A DNA stretch of 64,000 nt from Terriglobales bacterium (GCA_052147055.1 JBKQLO010000165.1:1419-65418), one strand, 5' to 3'; shown: positions 28,588 to 38,817, counted from the stretch's first letter. Program-made: numbers and translations. The notes: generated by a model not told the origin, from the sequence alone.

Positions 28588-29085
28588 ATGCTTTACGACG
28601 TCATCATCGACGGCAAGAATTACCGCTTGGAGCTGGAACGGGCGGACGCAGGTTGGCGATGCCGGCTGGATGGCCGCGAAATCCAGGTGGACGCGGTGCT
28701 GGCGCGGCCCAATGTGCTTTCGGTTCTGATTGAGGGGAAGGCATACGAGATCAAACGCGAACGTACGGCGACCGACTTGCACTTGTGGGTCGGCGGCGTG
28801 CGTTACGCGGCGGAGTTGCACGATCCCCGCTCCCTGCGCAGCCGCAAAGGCGGGACCGGGAACGACACAGGTCCGAGGAAACTGATCGCGCCCATGCCCG
28901 GTAAGGTGATCCGCATTCTGCTTCAGGAGAAGGCTGAGGTCGAGCCCGGGCAAGGCATCCTGGTGATGGAAGCCATGAAAATGCAGAATGAGATCAAGTC
29001 ACCCCGGAAAGGGACGATTCAGAAGATTCTGGCCACTGAAGGCGCAAACGTGAATGCCGGTGACGTGCTGGCAATTGTGGAGTAA
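28588..29085 (+). CDS. biotin carboxyl carrier (biotin/lipoyl attachment domain) protein
   Basis: C-terminal biotinylation motif EAMKMQNEI. The N-terminal 90 aa resemble the linker (BT-like) part of fused acyl-CoA carboxylase alpha chains. Confidence 0.85.
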   Translation: MLYDVIIDGKNYRLELERADAGWRCRLDGREIQVDAVLARPNVLSVLIEGKAYEIKRERTATDLHLWVGGVRYAAELHDPRSLRSRKGGTGNDTGPRKLIAPMPGKVIRILLQEKAEVEPGQGILVMEAMKMQNEIKSPRKGTIQKILATEGANVNAGDVLAIVE

Positions 29086-29090
29086 GACGG

Positions 29091-30152
29091 CTACTGCGCG
29101 CCGTTGCCTTGCAGGATCCTTTCGGCGTAGTAATTCTCCACCTTGGCTTGGTCGCGCAGGACTTCGTAGTACGCCGACTTCAGGAGTTGTTCGCGGCGGT
29201 CGCGCAGTTGGGAGCGGACGGCCTCCTGCACCCGGGGATCGGCCAGCTCGCGTTGTCCGGCAGGCTCCTTGGCGATCAACTTCACGATTCGGAATCCGAC
29301 CAGTTGTTTGGCCATGGGGTTCATCACCGTGATCACCGGGCTGTACTGCCCAGGTTTGAGTTTCATGACCATGTCACGGGTGGTGGGATCGGTGCTCTTC
29401 AAGGAAGACTCGGGTGCGAAGCCCAGATCGCCGCCGTTGCCTGAAGTCTCCGGATCCTCGGAAAAATTCATGGCCAGAGTGGCAAAGTCGTCGCCACTGT
29501 CGAGCCGGTTAAGAACCATCTGTATCTTTTTGCGGGCGTCGGCCTCATTTTGCGCTTTGTCATTCTTGAGGTTGTGTACCTGAGGATTGGGGGCGATGGT
29601 CACAAAAATGTGCGCCAGGTGGTATTGCGGCTCAATCAGATTAAATTCCGCTTTGTGAGCGTTGTAATAGCCGGTGACATCCTGATCGGAAATGTTGATC
29701 TTGGAAGTCACTTCTTTGTTGAGGACCTTGTCGACGGTGAGGGAACGGCGGAGATCGCGCTTGAAGTCTTCCAGCGTAATTTTCTTTTCGGCGAGACGGG
29801 CGTCGAATTCCTCTTTGGTGTAGGGCGACTTGATTTCGTTAAGTTTGCGGTCCACTTCATCGTCGGTGGCCAGCAGGCCGAGCTTCTCGGCGCGGCGCAT
29901 GAGGATCTCGTTGTCAATCAGCTCGCGCAGGATGCTGAGACGCAAACTGGTGGCTTGCTCGCCGACGGGCTGCTGTTGCGACCCGGCGGTCTGGTTCTGG
30001 TAGTACTTCTCCACATCGGTGCGATAGATCTTGCGGCCGTCGACGGAGGCAGCGACGTCATCGCCTACCTGCTTGGTTCCGCACCCGATGCCGGCGGCGA
30101 GCAGCAACGCAAATACGGCTGTGGTCAACCTGTAACTAGATGGCAAGTTCAC
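29091..30152 (-). CDS. SurA/PpiD-like parvulin peptidyl-prolyl isomerase lipoprotein
   Basis: Lipobox LAAGIGC, an N-terminal chaperone-like region and a parvulin block (LAHIFV...GGDLGF). Confidence 0.82.
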   Translation of the reverse strand: MNLPSSYRLTTAVFALLLAAGIGCGTKQVGDDVAASVDGRKIYRTDVEKYYQNQTAGSQQQPVGEQATSLRLSILRELIDNEILMRRAEKLGLLATDDEVDRKLNEIKSPYTKEEFDARLAEKKITLEDFKRDLRRSLTVDKVLNKEVTSKINISDQDVTGYYNAHKAEFNLIEPQYHLAHIFVTIAPNPQVHNLKNDKAQNEADARKKIQMVLNRLDSGDDFATLAMNFSEDPETSGNGGDLGFAPESSLKSTDPTTRDMVMKLKPGQYSPVITVMNPMAKQLVGFRIVKLIAKEPAGQRELADPRVQEAVRSQLRDRREQLLKSAYYEVLRDQAKVENYYAERILQGNGAQ

Positions 30153-30226
30153 TCGATTTTCTCCGCGCTCTTTGCTTCTTGCGTGCTTCTCTCTACACCA
30201 AGGTTCCGCATTGCATTTCTGCCCGG

Positions 30227-31180
30227 CTACTTGCTGGAGGTTTGCGACCCGCCGGGAGTTGCCTGAGCGGAATGAACGGGCACCGGGACGCCGGCCTGCT
30301 GCAAGGCTGCATCCAGCACCGTACGGAATTCTGAGGCCGAAACCACGCCATCGATTTCCTGCCCGTTGACGAACATCGTGGGAGTAGCGCTTACCCCCAG
30401 ACTGTCCGCCTCATGCATGGAAGCTTTGATGGCATCATCGTTCTGCGCCTTGATGCAGGATTGCAGCTTGGTTTGGTCCAGGTTGTGGTTCTGACCTTGC
30501 AGCGTGGTCAAGCGGTCCACGGCAGCGAATTGAAGGTCGCGCGCTTTCTCTCCGCTGATCTCCCGTTGATTGGCGTGTAAGTAGTCGACCAAATCCCAGT
30601 ATGCGTCGCCGTTCTGTGCGGCCAAACAGTTGGCATCGACGGCGGCGTGAGTGGCCCAGGGATGGATCTCCGCCAAAGGATAATCCTTGTACACAAACTC
30701 CACCCGGTCCCCGTATTCCTTCAGCATCTCCGGAAACAGAGTCTGGTGCATGCGGGAGCAAAACGGACACTGGAAGTCGTCATAATTTACCACCACCACC
30801 TTGGCGTCCTTATTGCCGCGAACTGGGCGGTCACCGACGCTGATTTTCTTCGCGTTCTCGGCATAGGGGTCCTTGGTGAGATCCAGTTTGGTCATCCGCA
30901 ACAAAGTTTTGCCATCTTTGGACAGAAGGAACTCGTAATCAGCCTTCTTTCCCTGGCCGTCCATGTTGACGGTAAGGGCGTCATAGTTGGGGAAGTCGCT
31001 GGGGCGAAGCGGCCCCACGGTGATCTTCACTCCGGCAGGCACGGAATAGTAGGTACGCACCTGACGCTCGATGCGCATGACCTGATCGGGAGGCACCGAT
31101 TGGGCGGAGCAACCCAGACAAACCAGCATGAGGACCAGAATCGATCGCCGCACGAACATCGTTAGAAACCGCCTGTACAT
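30227..31180 (-). CDS. DsbA-family thiol:disulfide oxidoreductase
   Basis: FQCPFC thioredoxin-fold CxxC and an N-terminal signal/lipobox (LVCLGCS). The start could be the ATG at 31159. Confidence 0.82.
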   Translation of the reverse strand: MYRRFLTMFVRRSILVLMLVCLGCSAQSVPPDQVMRIERQVRTYYSVPAGVKITVGPLRPSDFPNYDALTVNMDGQGKKADYEFLLSKDGKTLLRMTKLDLTKDPYAENAKKISVGDRPVRGNKDAKVVVVNYDDFQCPFCSRMHQTLFPEMLKEYGDRVEFVYKDYPLAEIHPWATHAAVDANCLAAQNGDAYWDLVDYLHANQREISGEKARDLQFAAVDRLTTLQGQNHNLDQTKLQSCIKAQNDDAIKASMHEADSLGVSATPTMFVNGQEIDGVVSASEFRTVLDAALQQAGVPVPVHSAQATPGGSQTSSK

Positions 31181-31248
31181 TGGGTGTAAACCATGATTAT
31201 CTCACAGGGAGCGAGCTGCCGCGCGCTACACCACGGGCGTGGCGCCGA

Positions 31249-32091
31249 TCAATGCTGGCGCGCAACCTGGCTGACGGGCAGCAGCAAATTCATTGATCCA
31301 GAGCGAAAGCCCTCAAGATCAAGAGTCACGAACTTGAAGCCCAGGGACTTAAAGATGCGCGTGAACTCTGCCGCCATTTCGGCCGCCAGAGCGCGGGGCA
31401 TCTCTTCGGAGGCAATCTCGATGCGAACGATGTCCCCGTGATGTCGTACACGGAACTGGCGGAATCCGAGGGAGCGGAGGGCATCTTCGCCCTGCTCGAC
31501 CACGCTGAGGACGGCGCGGGTCACCGGACGGCCATATTCGATGCGCGAGGACAAACAAGCGGAGGCTGGCTTGTCCCAAATACGCAGACCGGCATCACGG
31601 GCGAGTTCTCGAATCTGCTGCTTGGTCAAACCAGCGTCGAGCAGCGGCGCGGCCACTTGATGACGTTCGGCAGCGATCTGCCCTGGGCGGAAATCACCCT
31701 GATCGTCCTGATTGACACCATAGGCAATGGAGTCGAACCCACGCCGCTGGCAAAGATCCTGCATCACCGTGAACAACTCGTCCTTGCAATGGAAGCAGCG
31801 GGCGCCGTCGTTGCGAACGTAGTCGGGACGGTCGAGCTCGGAGGTGGTAATGATCTCAAGGGGAATTTCCTGTTCGCGGGCGAAGGCGATAGCATCGGCG
31901 AGTTGGGCACGGGCCAGACTGGGGGAATCGGCGATGGCGGCAAGCATGTCCCCTCCCAGCACTTGATGAGCCGACCATGCGAGGAATGCGGAATCGACGC
32001 CGCCGGAATAGGCGACCAGAGTGCGGCCCAGAGCCCGAAGACGCTGCTCGAGCGTGGTGCGTTTGGCGGTGAGATCGGGGGATAGGGGCAC
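31249..32091 (-). CDS. PP-loop ATP pyrophosphatase, LarE-like (TIGR00268-type) sulfur transferase
   Basis: VAYSGGVDSAFLA PP-loop, with cysteines RCFHC and SACLSSR. Confidence 0.78.
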   Translation of the reverse strand: MPLSPDLTAKRTTLEQRLRALGRTLVAYSGGVDSAFLAWSAHQVLGGDMLAAIADSPSLARAQLADAIAFAREQEIPLEIITTSELDRPDYVRNDGARCFHCKDELFTVMQDLCQRRGFDSIAYGVNQDDQGDFRPGQIAAERHQVAAPLLDAGLTKQQIRELARDAGLRIWDKPASACLSSRIEYGRPVTRAVLSVVEQGEDALRSLGFRQFRVRHHGDIVRIEIASEEMPRALAAEMAAEFTRIFKSLGFKFVTLDLEGFRSGSMNLLLPVSQVARQH

Positions 32092-32117
32092 AGGGGTATC
32101 TTAATACGGGAGAGGCA

Positions 32118-34574
32118 TCAAAATAGTCTCTCCGCCCGCCGCAAATTGCCAAGCGATCCGAGATTGGCCAGGGCGAAGGTGAAGCGATATTGGTTCTCGT
32201 TGCGGACCGACCCCAGAGCAAAGCGGCGAAATTCAACATTGAATCCGCAACAGTCCCAATTGTAGGTGGTTTGCACGGCGGCGTACTGTACGAACCCAAG
32301 ATTCGCGTCGAAGCCGAGGTTGGTGGCAGCGCTAAATCCCTGTTTGCCGGTGTGGCCATAACCCAGCAAAAGCCGGAACTGGTTGAACTGTTGCGGCGTG
32401 CTGGCGTTGGCGGTTGACGTGCTGGTATTGGCAATTTCGGGTGGCACTTGCAGGAAGGCATCGCCTCCGCCGAGCGTGAATGGCCCCAGGCGATAGTTAA
32501 CCAGCACGGTGCTGGCCGTCATATGGCCCAGCGTGAAGTCGTAGTCGAGGTCCCACTCGATATCGGTCTTTGAGCTGGTCTGAATGCGCAGGCGCGAGAT
32601 CAACGGTGAAAGACGGCGGGCCGAGCTCAGGAAGGCAATGCCGGTCAGGTCAACGGTGCTGGTCAGCACGTTGCTCCGGCCTGGGAACAGCGCACCTCCG
32701 AATGTGGGATCGAGAAAGTATTTTTGCGCCAGTTCCCAGGTGACAATCTCGCGCACCTGAGTTCCGTCCTGGCAAGCCGCCTCGACGGTGGTTTGTTGCC
32801 GCTCCCAGGGCACGGGGCTGTGGGGAGCTGCGCCCCCGAGGAACAGGGCCGGCATCCCCGGCTCGCCGCAGGAGGAAGGCTGGGTTGAGGTCCGCTTCGC
32901 GTAAAGGCGGTGGACAACGCCGTATTCCACTTCATTGGTATTGCTGAGAATGTCGCGCTGATCGAAGCGAAGAATGTTGGCGAAGTTACTGACCCCGGTG
33001 ACGTAGGTGTAAACCACGCGCGGCTCGATCACGTGCTTCCACTTGCGCCCCAGGAACTCATGGTCAAAAACTCGGCTCAGGGCCGGAGGACGCACTTCCA
33101 GCGAAGCATCCAAAGATTTGCGGTTGATGGTATCGGAGACTGCCTGTCTTTCTCCGCCGGGAAGAACCTCAAGGTTCTGCGTGTAGGCAGTGTCCCGGAC
33201 GGAGAGCTCGGGCCGGAAGGACCACCCACCCAACTGCAACGGCAAGGACAGAGTGGGACTGAGGTCGAACCTCCCGATCAAAGGAGCTGTGCTAAAGGTG
33301 GGCTCACTGCGAGAGAGGCCTTCCAGCGCGGCGTCATACGACCCGTAGAAAGGGGAGCGTCCCAGCGGCTGATCGACACTCGACAACTCCACCCCAGGAG
33401 CGTGGAGGATGGTGATGACGTCGCCAGGAGTCGAGCTTTCGAAGTCCTGGTAGCGGTGCACGGAGAAGTTGTAGAAAAAACCGCGCGTGGCGTTGGAAAG
33501 GAAGGCATCGGACTTGACCTCAGAGTTGACCGCCTGTGTGAAGGTCTCACTGAAGGCGAGGCGAAAGACGAATGAACTGAGATAGTCAATATCGGCGACA
33601 CCACGGAAGTTGTGGCCAAATTCGCCTTCTCCCGTCAGACGCGCTTCCTCACCCCCCTGATTCACGTGGGGATCACCATAGCCGCGGTCCAATACACTGA
33701 AATAGTTCAGATCCACGAACGAGGTGGCGCTGGGGCGAGCACGAAACTCGCCTTGCGGCGCCCACCCTCGCTTGGAGAAGTATTCGGCCCCGATGTGGGC
33801 GTCCATGCTGCGATTGATCGCCCAGAACACCGATTCCCCGAAAATGGTGCCCTTGGTAGAGGAAAACCCGAGGTTGGGGATAAGAAAGCCGGATTGCCGG
33901 GGCAGAGTCTGGGCCGGCAGGGTGGCAAATGGGAAATAAAAAATCGGGACGCCTTCGATGGAAAAGGTGCTGTGGTAGATCTTGGCGGTGCCACCAACTT
34001 CGACCACAACCTTGTGAGCATAAAAGTCCCACTTGGGGCGGGGCAAATCACAAGTGGTCACGATGCCGTCGTAAACCTTGAAATGATCCGGCCCATTTTT
34101 TTCGACGGCTGCGCCAGTGAAGACGAAAGGATTCGGGGAAGTGAGCATGAGCCGGCGCCCGCGGAGGCGCACACCGACGCTTCCGGTCACATTTTCAAAT
34201 CTTCCGATCTGGGAGCGTAGGTTGTAGGTTCCACGGCTGGCTTGAATATGCTCATCATTGGGGCCGCCTTCGAGAACTACGTGACCTTCCGCCTTCGAGT
34301 CGCCGGTCTCGGAGTTGTAGGAGACTTCATCGGCGTGCAGGATGTAGGTCCCGTAATGAATTTCGGCGTTTCCGTGCAGTTGGTAGATCGTGCCTTGCTT
34401 TTCCTGCTGGAGTGCGGTGATGGTAACGTCCTCTTCGCGGAGCGGGGAGGATGGGTTGGGGAGGTCCTGGGCTGCGGCGGATGGAGCAAGCAACTGGCTG
34501 GTAACTAGCGGAAGCGCGAGTATCAGGTGACAGACGAACGTTGCCGTGATAAGAAATCGTGTGCGGGAACTCAT
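32118..34574 (-). CDS. lptD: LPS-assembly outer membrane protein LptD (OstA family)
   Basis: Signal peptide from the ATG at 34574 (MSSRTRFLITATFVCHLILALPLV), an OstA-like N-domain (GNAEIHYG...LHADEV) and a long beta-barrel ending ...RRAERLF. Confidence 0.83.
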   Translation of the reverse strand: MSSRTRFLITATFVCHLILALPLVTSQLLAPSAAAQDLPNPSSPLREEDVTITALQQEKQGTIYQLHGNAEIHYGTYILHADEVSYNSETGDSKAEGHVVLEGGPNDEHIQASRGTYNLRSQIGRFENVTGSVGVRLRGRRLMLTSPNPFVFTGAAVEKNGPDHFKVYDGIVTTCDLPRPKWDFYAHKVVVEVGGTAKIYHSTFSIEGVPIFYFPFATLPAQTLPRQSGFLIPNLGFSSTKGTIFGESVFWAINRSMDAHIGAEYFSKRGWAPQGEFRARPSATSFVDLNYFSVLDRGYGDPHVNQGGEEARLTGEGEFGHNFRGVADIDYLSSFVFRLAFSETFTQAVNSEVKSDAFLSNATRGFFYNFSVHRYQDFESSTPGDVITILHAPGVELSSVDQPLGRSPFYGSYDAALEGLSRSEPTFSTAPLIGRFDLSPTLSLPLQLGGWSFRPELSVRDTAYTQNLEVLPGGERQAVSDTINRKSLDASLEVRPPALSRVFDHEFLGRKWKHVIEPRVVYTYVTGVSNFANILRFDQRDILSNTNEVEYGVVHRLYAKRTSTQPSSCGEPGMPALFLGGAAPHSPVPWERQQTTVEAACQDGTQVREIVTWELAQKYFLDPTFGGALFPGRSNVLTSTVDLTGIAFLSSARRLSPLISRLRIQTSSKTDIEWDLDYDFTLGHMTASTVLVNYRLGPFTLGGGDAFLQVPPEIANTSTSTANASTPQQFNQFRLLLGYGHTGKQGFSAATNLGFDANLGFVQYAAVQTTYNWDCCGFNVEFRRFALGSVRNENQYRFTFALANLGSLGNLRRAERLF

Positions 34575-34724
34575 CGGAAGCGCACGAACTTCCCCAGTGC
34601 CAACTCCACTCGGGGGTACGGTGACGTTAGCACGGAGATGGCCTGACAGGCAAAGTTCGAAGGCAGTCCCATCCCCGCAAACGTGCTGGGCTGCGGTCCC
34701 GATACTGCTGATTTCGCTCCTGCC

Positions 34725-35900
34725 ATGAAATCTCGGTTCCAATTCGATGTGGACTCCGCGCCGGCTCCGACGCTGATTGATCCTGAAGCGTTCGATGTCA
34801 GCGAGCAGCAATTTGCCGCCAGCCTGGAAGAAAAACCCGTGCAACCGCCGGCGCGATTTGTGCCGGATTGCGCCGCACTGCCAGACTCGCCGGTGGCCGA
34901 TGAAGGTGCGAAAAAAACGGCGATCGAGCCGGGCTACGAAAATTCACAGCAAAACATGCCAGTAAGTTTTGATGCCAGCTTTTGCCACTCGCCAGAGCCT
35001 GATTCGTGGCGGCAGGAGGTGGCTGCCCGGGTCAATTACTACCGGGGCAGGCGTCCACGGGCGCCCCGCTATCCTTCGTTGCAGTTGAAGTTTGAATCCC
35101 CGGAGCCGTCGATGGAAACGCAGCCCGCCATCCGCCACCCGACGGGGGTTACGAGTCGTGGACAATTGGCGATTACGATGGATGTCGAGCCGGCTCCGGC
35201 GATGGACTCGCAAGCCACGCCGCCGGTACACGATGTCCCAACCGTTGCGCCGCCGGACGGAACCAAGATTCTGGCGTTCCCCCGTTCCCCGTTCACGCCT
35301 CCGATGGTTGTGGATGAGCTGGCGGAGCCGGTGTTCGACCGCCCGCGCATCCTGGAAGTGCCGGCATTCATGCCTCCTCCTCCGGCCTTGGGCGGCATTT
35401 CGATCGACTCAACGGAAGAGCTGAAGGACGAACGCAGACCAGGTTTTGAGTTGCCCCTGAAGTCGGCGCCGCTGTCGCGACGGATTCTGGCGGGAATGGC
35501 GGACGCGCTGGTGGTAGCAGCCGCATTCGCGGCGTTCGCTTACATATTCTTCCGGATCACGTCGATTGTCCCTCCGCTGCGGCAAGGGCTGAGCATGGCG
35601 GCGGCTCTGCTGGCAGCGTTTTGGGCAGCGTACCAGTATCTTCTGCTGGTACATACCGGCAGCACGCCGGGACTGAAGTTGGCCAAGCTGGAATTGAGCC
35701 GGTTCGACGGCCGACCCGTTCCCCGCGGGCTTCGCCGCTGGCGGGTGCTGGCCTCAATGCTCTCCGGGTTATCGCTGGCCTTGGGATACTTCTGGTGCTT
35801 CATGGATGAGGATGAACTGTGTTGGCATGACCGGATCACCCACACTTATATGGCGCCGAAGGCGGAAAAAACCATCCCCTCGGCTACTTCTCACGGATAA
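34725..35900 (+). CDS. RDD-family membrane protein with a long Pro-rich N-terminal region
   Basis: The C-terminal RRILAGMADALVV...WHDRITHTYM block is an RDD domain with 3 TM helices. The start is uncertain (34683 or 34725). Confidence 0.72.
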   Translation: MKSRFQFDVDSAPAPTLIDPEAFDVSEQQFAASLEEKPVQPPARFVPDCAALPDSPVADEGAKKTAIEPGYENSQQNMPVSFDASFCHSPEPDSWRQEVAARVNYYRGRRPRAPRYPSLQLKFESPEPSMETQPAIRHPTGVTSRGQLAITMDVEPAPAMDSQATPPVHDVPTVAPPDGTKILAFPRSPFTPPMVVDELAEPVFDRPRILEVPAFMPPPPALGGISIDSTEELKDERRPGFELPLKSAPLSRRILAGMADALVVAAAFAAFAYIFFRITSIVPPLRQGLSMAAALLAAFWAAYQYLLLVHTGSTPGLKLAKLELSRFDGRPVPRGLRRWRVLASMLSGLSLALGYFWCFMDEDELCWHDRITHTYMAPKAEKTIPSATSHG

Positions 35901-35954
35901 GCCCCATCCCAATGTGTTAGATTTTTAGGTTTGCGTTCGTTCCAGCCTTCGGGC

Positions 35955-38204
35955 ATGTCATCTCCCATACAAAACGTAGGCCGTCCGGCGGTTAAGGTCT
36001 TCGTCGCCACTACGGTGATGTTGACGTTCATCTCCTTCTGGCGGGCGTCGGCGATCGTGCTGGCCGACCTGGCTTCCTCCGCCTATTACGCCGGTGGTGA
36101 TGCCGAGAAGGTCATCGGCAAGAGCGCACCCTGGTTCATTCTCGCGGTCATGCTGTTCAGCTATGCGGTGCGGGCGCTGTACATCGAATCCAGCAGCATG
36201 TTTGTGCGCGGAGGCGTGTACCGCGTGGTCAAGGAAGCCATGGGCGGCACGCTGGCCAAGATTTCGGTTTCCGCCTTGCTCTTCGATTACGTGTTGACCG
36301 GTCCCATCAGCGCGGTTTCGGCGGGACAGTATTTGGCGGGGTTTATTGAAGACATCGCCCGCTATATTGGTCATCCTTTGCAATCTTTTCCCGAAAATAG
36401 CTTCGCAGCCGTTTTCGCGTGCATCGTGGTTTGCTACTTCTGGTGGAAGAACATTCAGGGCATCCACGAATCGAGCGAGAAGGCGCTTCAGATCATGATC
36501 ATCACGACGGTGATGGTGGTGATCCTGATCGTATGGTGCACCATCACCATCTTCCGCTCTCCGATCCATTTACCGCCGAATCCGTTTCAAGCGGGGGTGG
36601 TCCCGATTACCCGGGAATCGATGGGCTGGTTGCACGGCACCTGGGTCAGCCATTTGACCTGGATCATTCTATTCGTGGGATTCGGGCATTCCGTTCTCGC
36701 CATGAGCGGTGAGGAAACGCTGGCACAAGTTAACCGTGAGATCGAGCATCCCAAGCTGAAGAACCTGGAAAAAACCGGGCTGGTGATTTTTGTTTACAGC
36801 CTGCTATTCACGTCGCTGGTTTCTTTTTTCGCGGTGATGATGATTCCGGACAAAGTCAGGCCCGATTACTTCGCCAATCTAATCGGCGGGATTGCGATGT
36901 ACCTGGCTGGTCCGACCGTGCTGAAACTGTTGTTTCATGGATTTGTGGTGGTGGTGGGAGTTCTGATTCTGGCGGGCGCGCAGAATACCTCGATTGTCGG
37001 CGCCAATGGCGTTCTGAATCGAGTGGCGGAAGACGGCGTGCTCACCGACTGGTTTCAGAAACCGCAGCCCAAGTATGGCACCAGCTATCGCATCATCAAC
37101 CTGATCGTCGGCATGCAACTGCTGACCATCATCCTGAGCAAGGGCAACGTCTATGTGCTGGCGGGTTTGTATGCTTTCGGCGTGATCTGGAGCTTCGCGC
37201 TCAAGTCGTTGGCGGTACTGGTGCTGCGTTACACCGAGCCGCTGAATCGCCAGTGGAAGGTGCCGGGGAACTTCCACCTATTCGGGAAGGAAGTGCCGGC
37301 CGGATTGATCGTGATCTCTGCCGTGCTGCTCACCACAGCCTGCGTGAACCTGCTTACCAAGACGGAGGCCACCATTGCCGGAGTCACATTCAGCGTGGTG
37401 TTTTTTGTTATCTTCGCCTATTCCGAACATCAGGTGACCAAAGCCCGGCATGGCAAGCCGGAGAATCTGGATCAGTTCCGGGTGTACGGAAACCAGGAAC
37501 TGGGCAGCGGCGCGCTGGGAGTTCGCCCAGGGAACGTTTTGGTGGCGGTCCGCGATCCGCGCAATCTCTACTACTTGAGTGACATTCTCCGGAGCACCGA
37601 TACGGTCCGACAGGATGTAGTGGTGATGACGGCGCGTCTGTACCATCGCGAACACACTTTCAGCGGGAGCGCTGTGGTGGAGGCAGCCCGAGTCTTCGAT
37701 CATTACGAGCAGGAGCTGTTTACCGCGGTCGTGGCGGTGGCGGAGAAGGAGGGCAAGCCGGTTTCCCTGTTGGTGGTACCGGCGACCGATGTCTTCGAGG
37801 CGACTGTCCTGACCGCGCAACGGCTGGATTCAAGCCGCCTGGTTTGCGGACTCTCCAACAAGTTAAGCAGCGATGAGCAGGCCAAGCTGACCGGGGATGC
37901 GTGGGAGCGGCTGCCGGAGCCGCGGCCACGCCTCACGGTGGAGGTTCATGAGCCGAATGGGAAAATCCACGAATACTTGCTGGGGCCTCATGCCCCGCGA
38001 ATGCGTCCGCAAGACCTGGAGTTGATGCACAGTCTGTGGCGCGAGATCACGACCGATCCCAAGTACGCCGGGGCGCATCACTACCACATTGTGGCGCTGG
38101 CGCTGGAAGAACTGAAGCGCGAACTCACCACCGAACAACGAGACGAGCTGCTGGCTAAGCTGCTGGATGAAATGCATCGTGATCTGCCGCCGAGTCAGAA
38201 TTAG
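35955..38204 (+). CDS. APC-superfamily permease fused to C-terminal universal-stress-protein-like domain(s)
   Basis: About 12 TM helices are followed by VLVAVRDP...VVVMTARLY...LLVVPATDV (Usp-like alpha/beta pattern). Confidence 0.72.
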   Translation: MSSPIQNVGRPAVKVFVATTVMLTFISFWRASAIVLADLASSAYYAGGDAEKVIGKSAPWFILAVMLFSYAVRALYIESSSMFVRGGVYRVVKEAMGGTLAKISVSALLFDYVLTGPISAVSAGQYLAGFIEDIARYIGHPLQSFPENSFAAVFACIVVCYFWWKNIQGIHESSEKALQIMIITTVMVVILIVWCTITIFRSPIHLPPNPFQAGVVPITRESMGWLHGTWVSHLTWIILFVGFGHSVLAMSGEETLAQVNREIEHPKLKNLEKTGLVIFVYSLLFTSLVSFFAVMMIPDKVRPDYFANLIGGIAMYLAGPTVLKLLFHGFVVVVGVLILAGAQNTSIVGANGVLNRVAEDGVLTDWFQKPQPKYGTSYRIINLIVGMQLLTIILSKGNVYVLAGLYAFGVIWSFALKSLAVLVLRYTEPLNRQWKVPGNFHLFGKEVPAGLIVISAVLLTTACVNLLTKTEATIAGVTFSVVFFVIFAYSEHQVTKARHGKPENLDQFRVYGNQELGSGALGVRPGNVLVAVRDPRNLYYLSDILRSTDTVRQDVVVMTARLYHREHTFSGSAVVEAARVFDHYEQELFTAVVAVAEKEGKPVSLLVVPATDVFEATVLTAQRLDSSRLVCGLSNKLSSDEQAKLTGDAWERLPEPRPRLTVEVHEPNGKIHEYLLGPHAPRMRPQDLELMHSLWREITTDPKYAGAHHYHIVALALEELKRELTTEQRDELLAKLLDEMHRDLPPSQN

Positions 38205-38242
38205 GCTGCGGCCCCGGACGCTTACGGGAAGATCGAAAACAA

Positions 38243-38269
38243 GAAACCCCGGCCCAAGACCGGGGTTTC
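38243..38269. terminator. bidirectional rho-independent terminator
   Basis: GAAACCCCGG-CCCAAGA-CCGGGGTTTC has a perfect 10-bp stem. It lies between convergent genes. Confidence 0.8.
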
Positions 38270-38283
38270 TGTTAAGCGCCGGA

Positions 38284-38730
38284 CTACTTGTTCATCCCGC
38301 CTTGATTGTGCTGATGGTCCATACCACAATGTCCGCCAGCACCGTTGCAGCAAGCCATTGCAGGTTGCTCGCCGCCCTTGCCGGATTTCCCGCAGCAGTC
38401 CTTTTGGTCGCTACCGCAGCACTTTCCGTTGGTGGGAGTGGCATTAGCTGACTCGCCCGGCTTGCTTTTCATGCAGGCCATGGCGGCGTCTTTCCCCTCG
38501 CAGCAGGACATCGCTGCTTTTTCACTCGCCCCAGCCTTCGCAGGATGAGCGCAGCACGACATCTCGGGCTTGACGTCCGCGGCCTTCTGGCAGCAGGGAC
38601 ATTGCGCCTTCGCATCCGACGAGGTCGCAGGAGTCGCTGGTGCCGGCCCTGGATTTGTGGATTGGGTTGCAGTTTGAGCCCACGAAACAACTGTCAGGGC
38701 CAGGATGAGTAGCATTATTTTCGATTTCAT
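38284..38730 (-). CDS. secreted Cys/Met-rich (CC-doublet) protein, putative metal binding
   Basis: ATG at 38730 after AAGGAG, and signal peptide MKSKIMLLILALTVVSWA. About 130 mature residues contain 15 Cys, including CPCC, MSCC x2, KCC, DCC and MACC, with a C-terminal HCGMDHQH. Confidence 0.72.
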   Translation of the reverse strand: MKSKIMLLILALTVVSWAQTATQSTNPGPAPATPATSSDAKAQCPCCQKAADVKPEMSCCAHPAKAGASEKAAMSCCEGKDAAMACMKSKPGESANATPTNGKCCGSDQKDCCGKSGKGGEQPAMACCNGAGGHCGMDHQHNQGGMNK

Positions 38731-38817
38731 GACTGATCTCCTTATGAATGCCGAATTGGTTTTTCGGGTCAAAACCCGACGATAAATTTGGGTGCTTTGA
38801 GATGGTGGCGAGGGTAA

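Noticed and set aside
32118-34844. 90-aa N-terminal extension of lptD in the ORF track
   Set aside because: The internal ATG at 34574 gives a classic signal peptide. The extension would overlap the divergent RDD gene.
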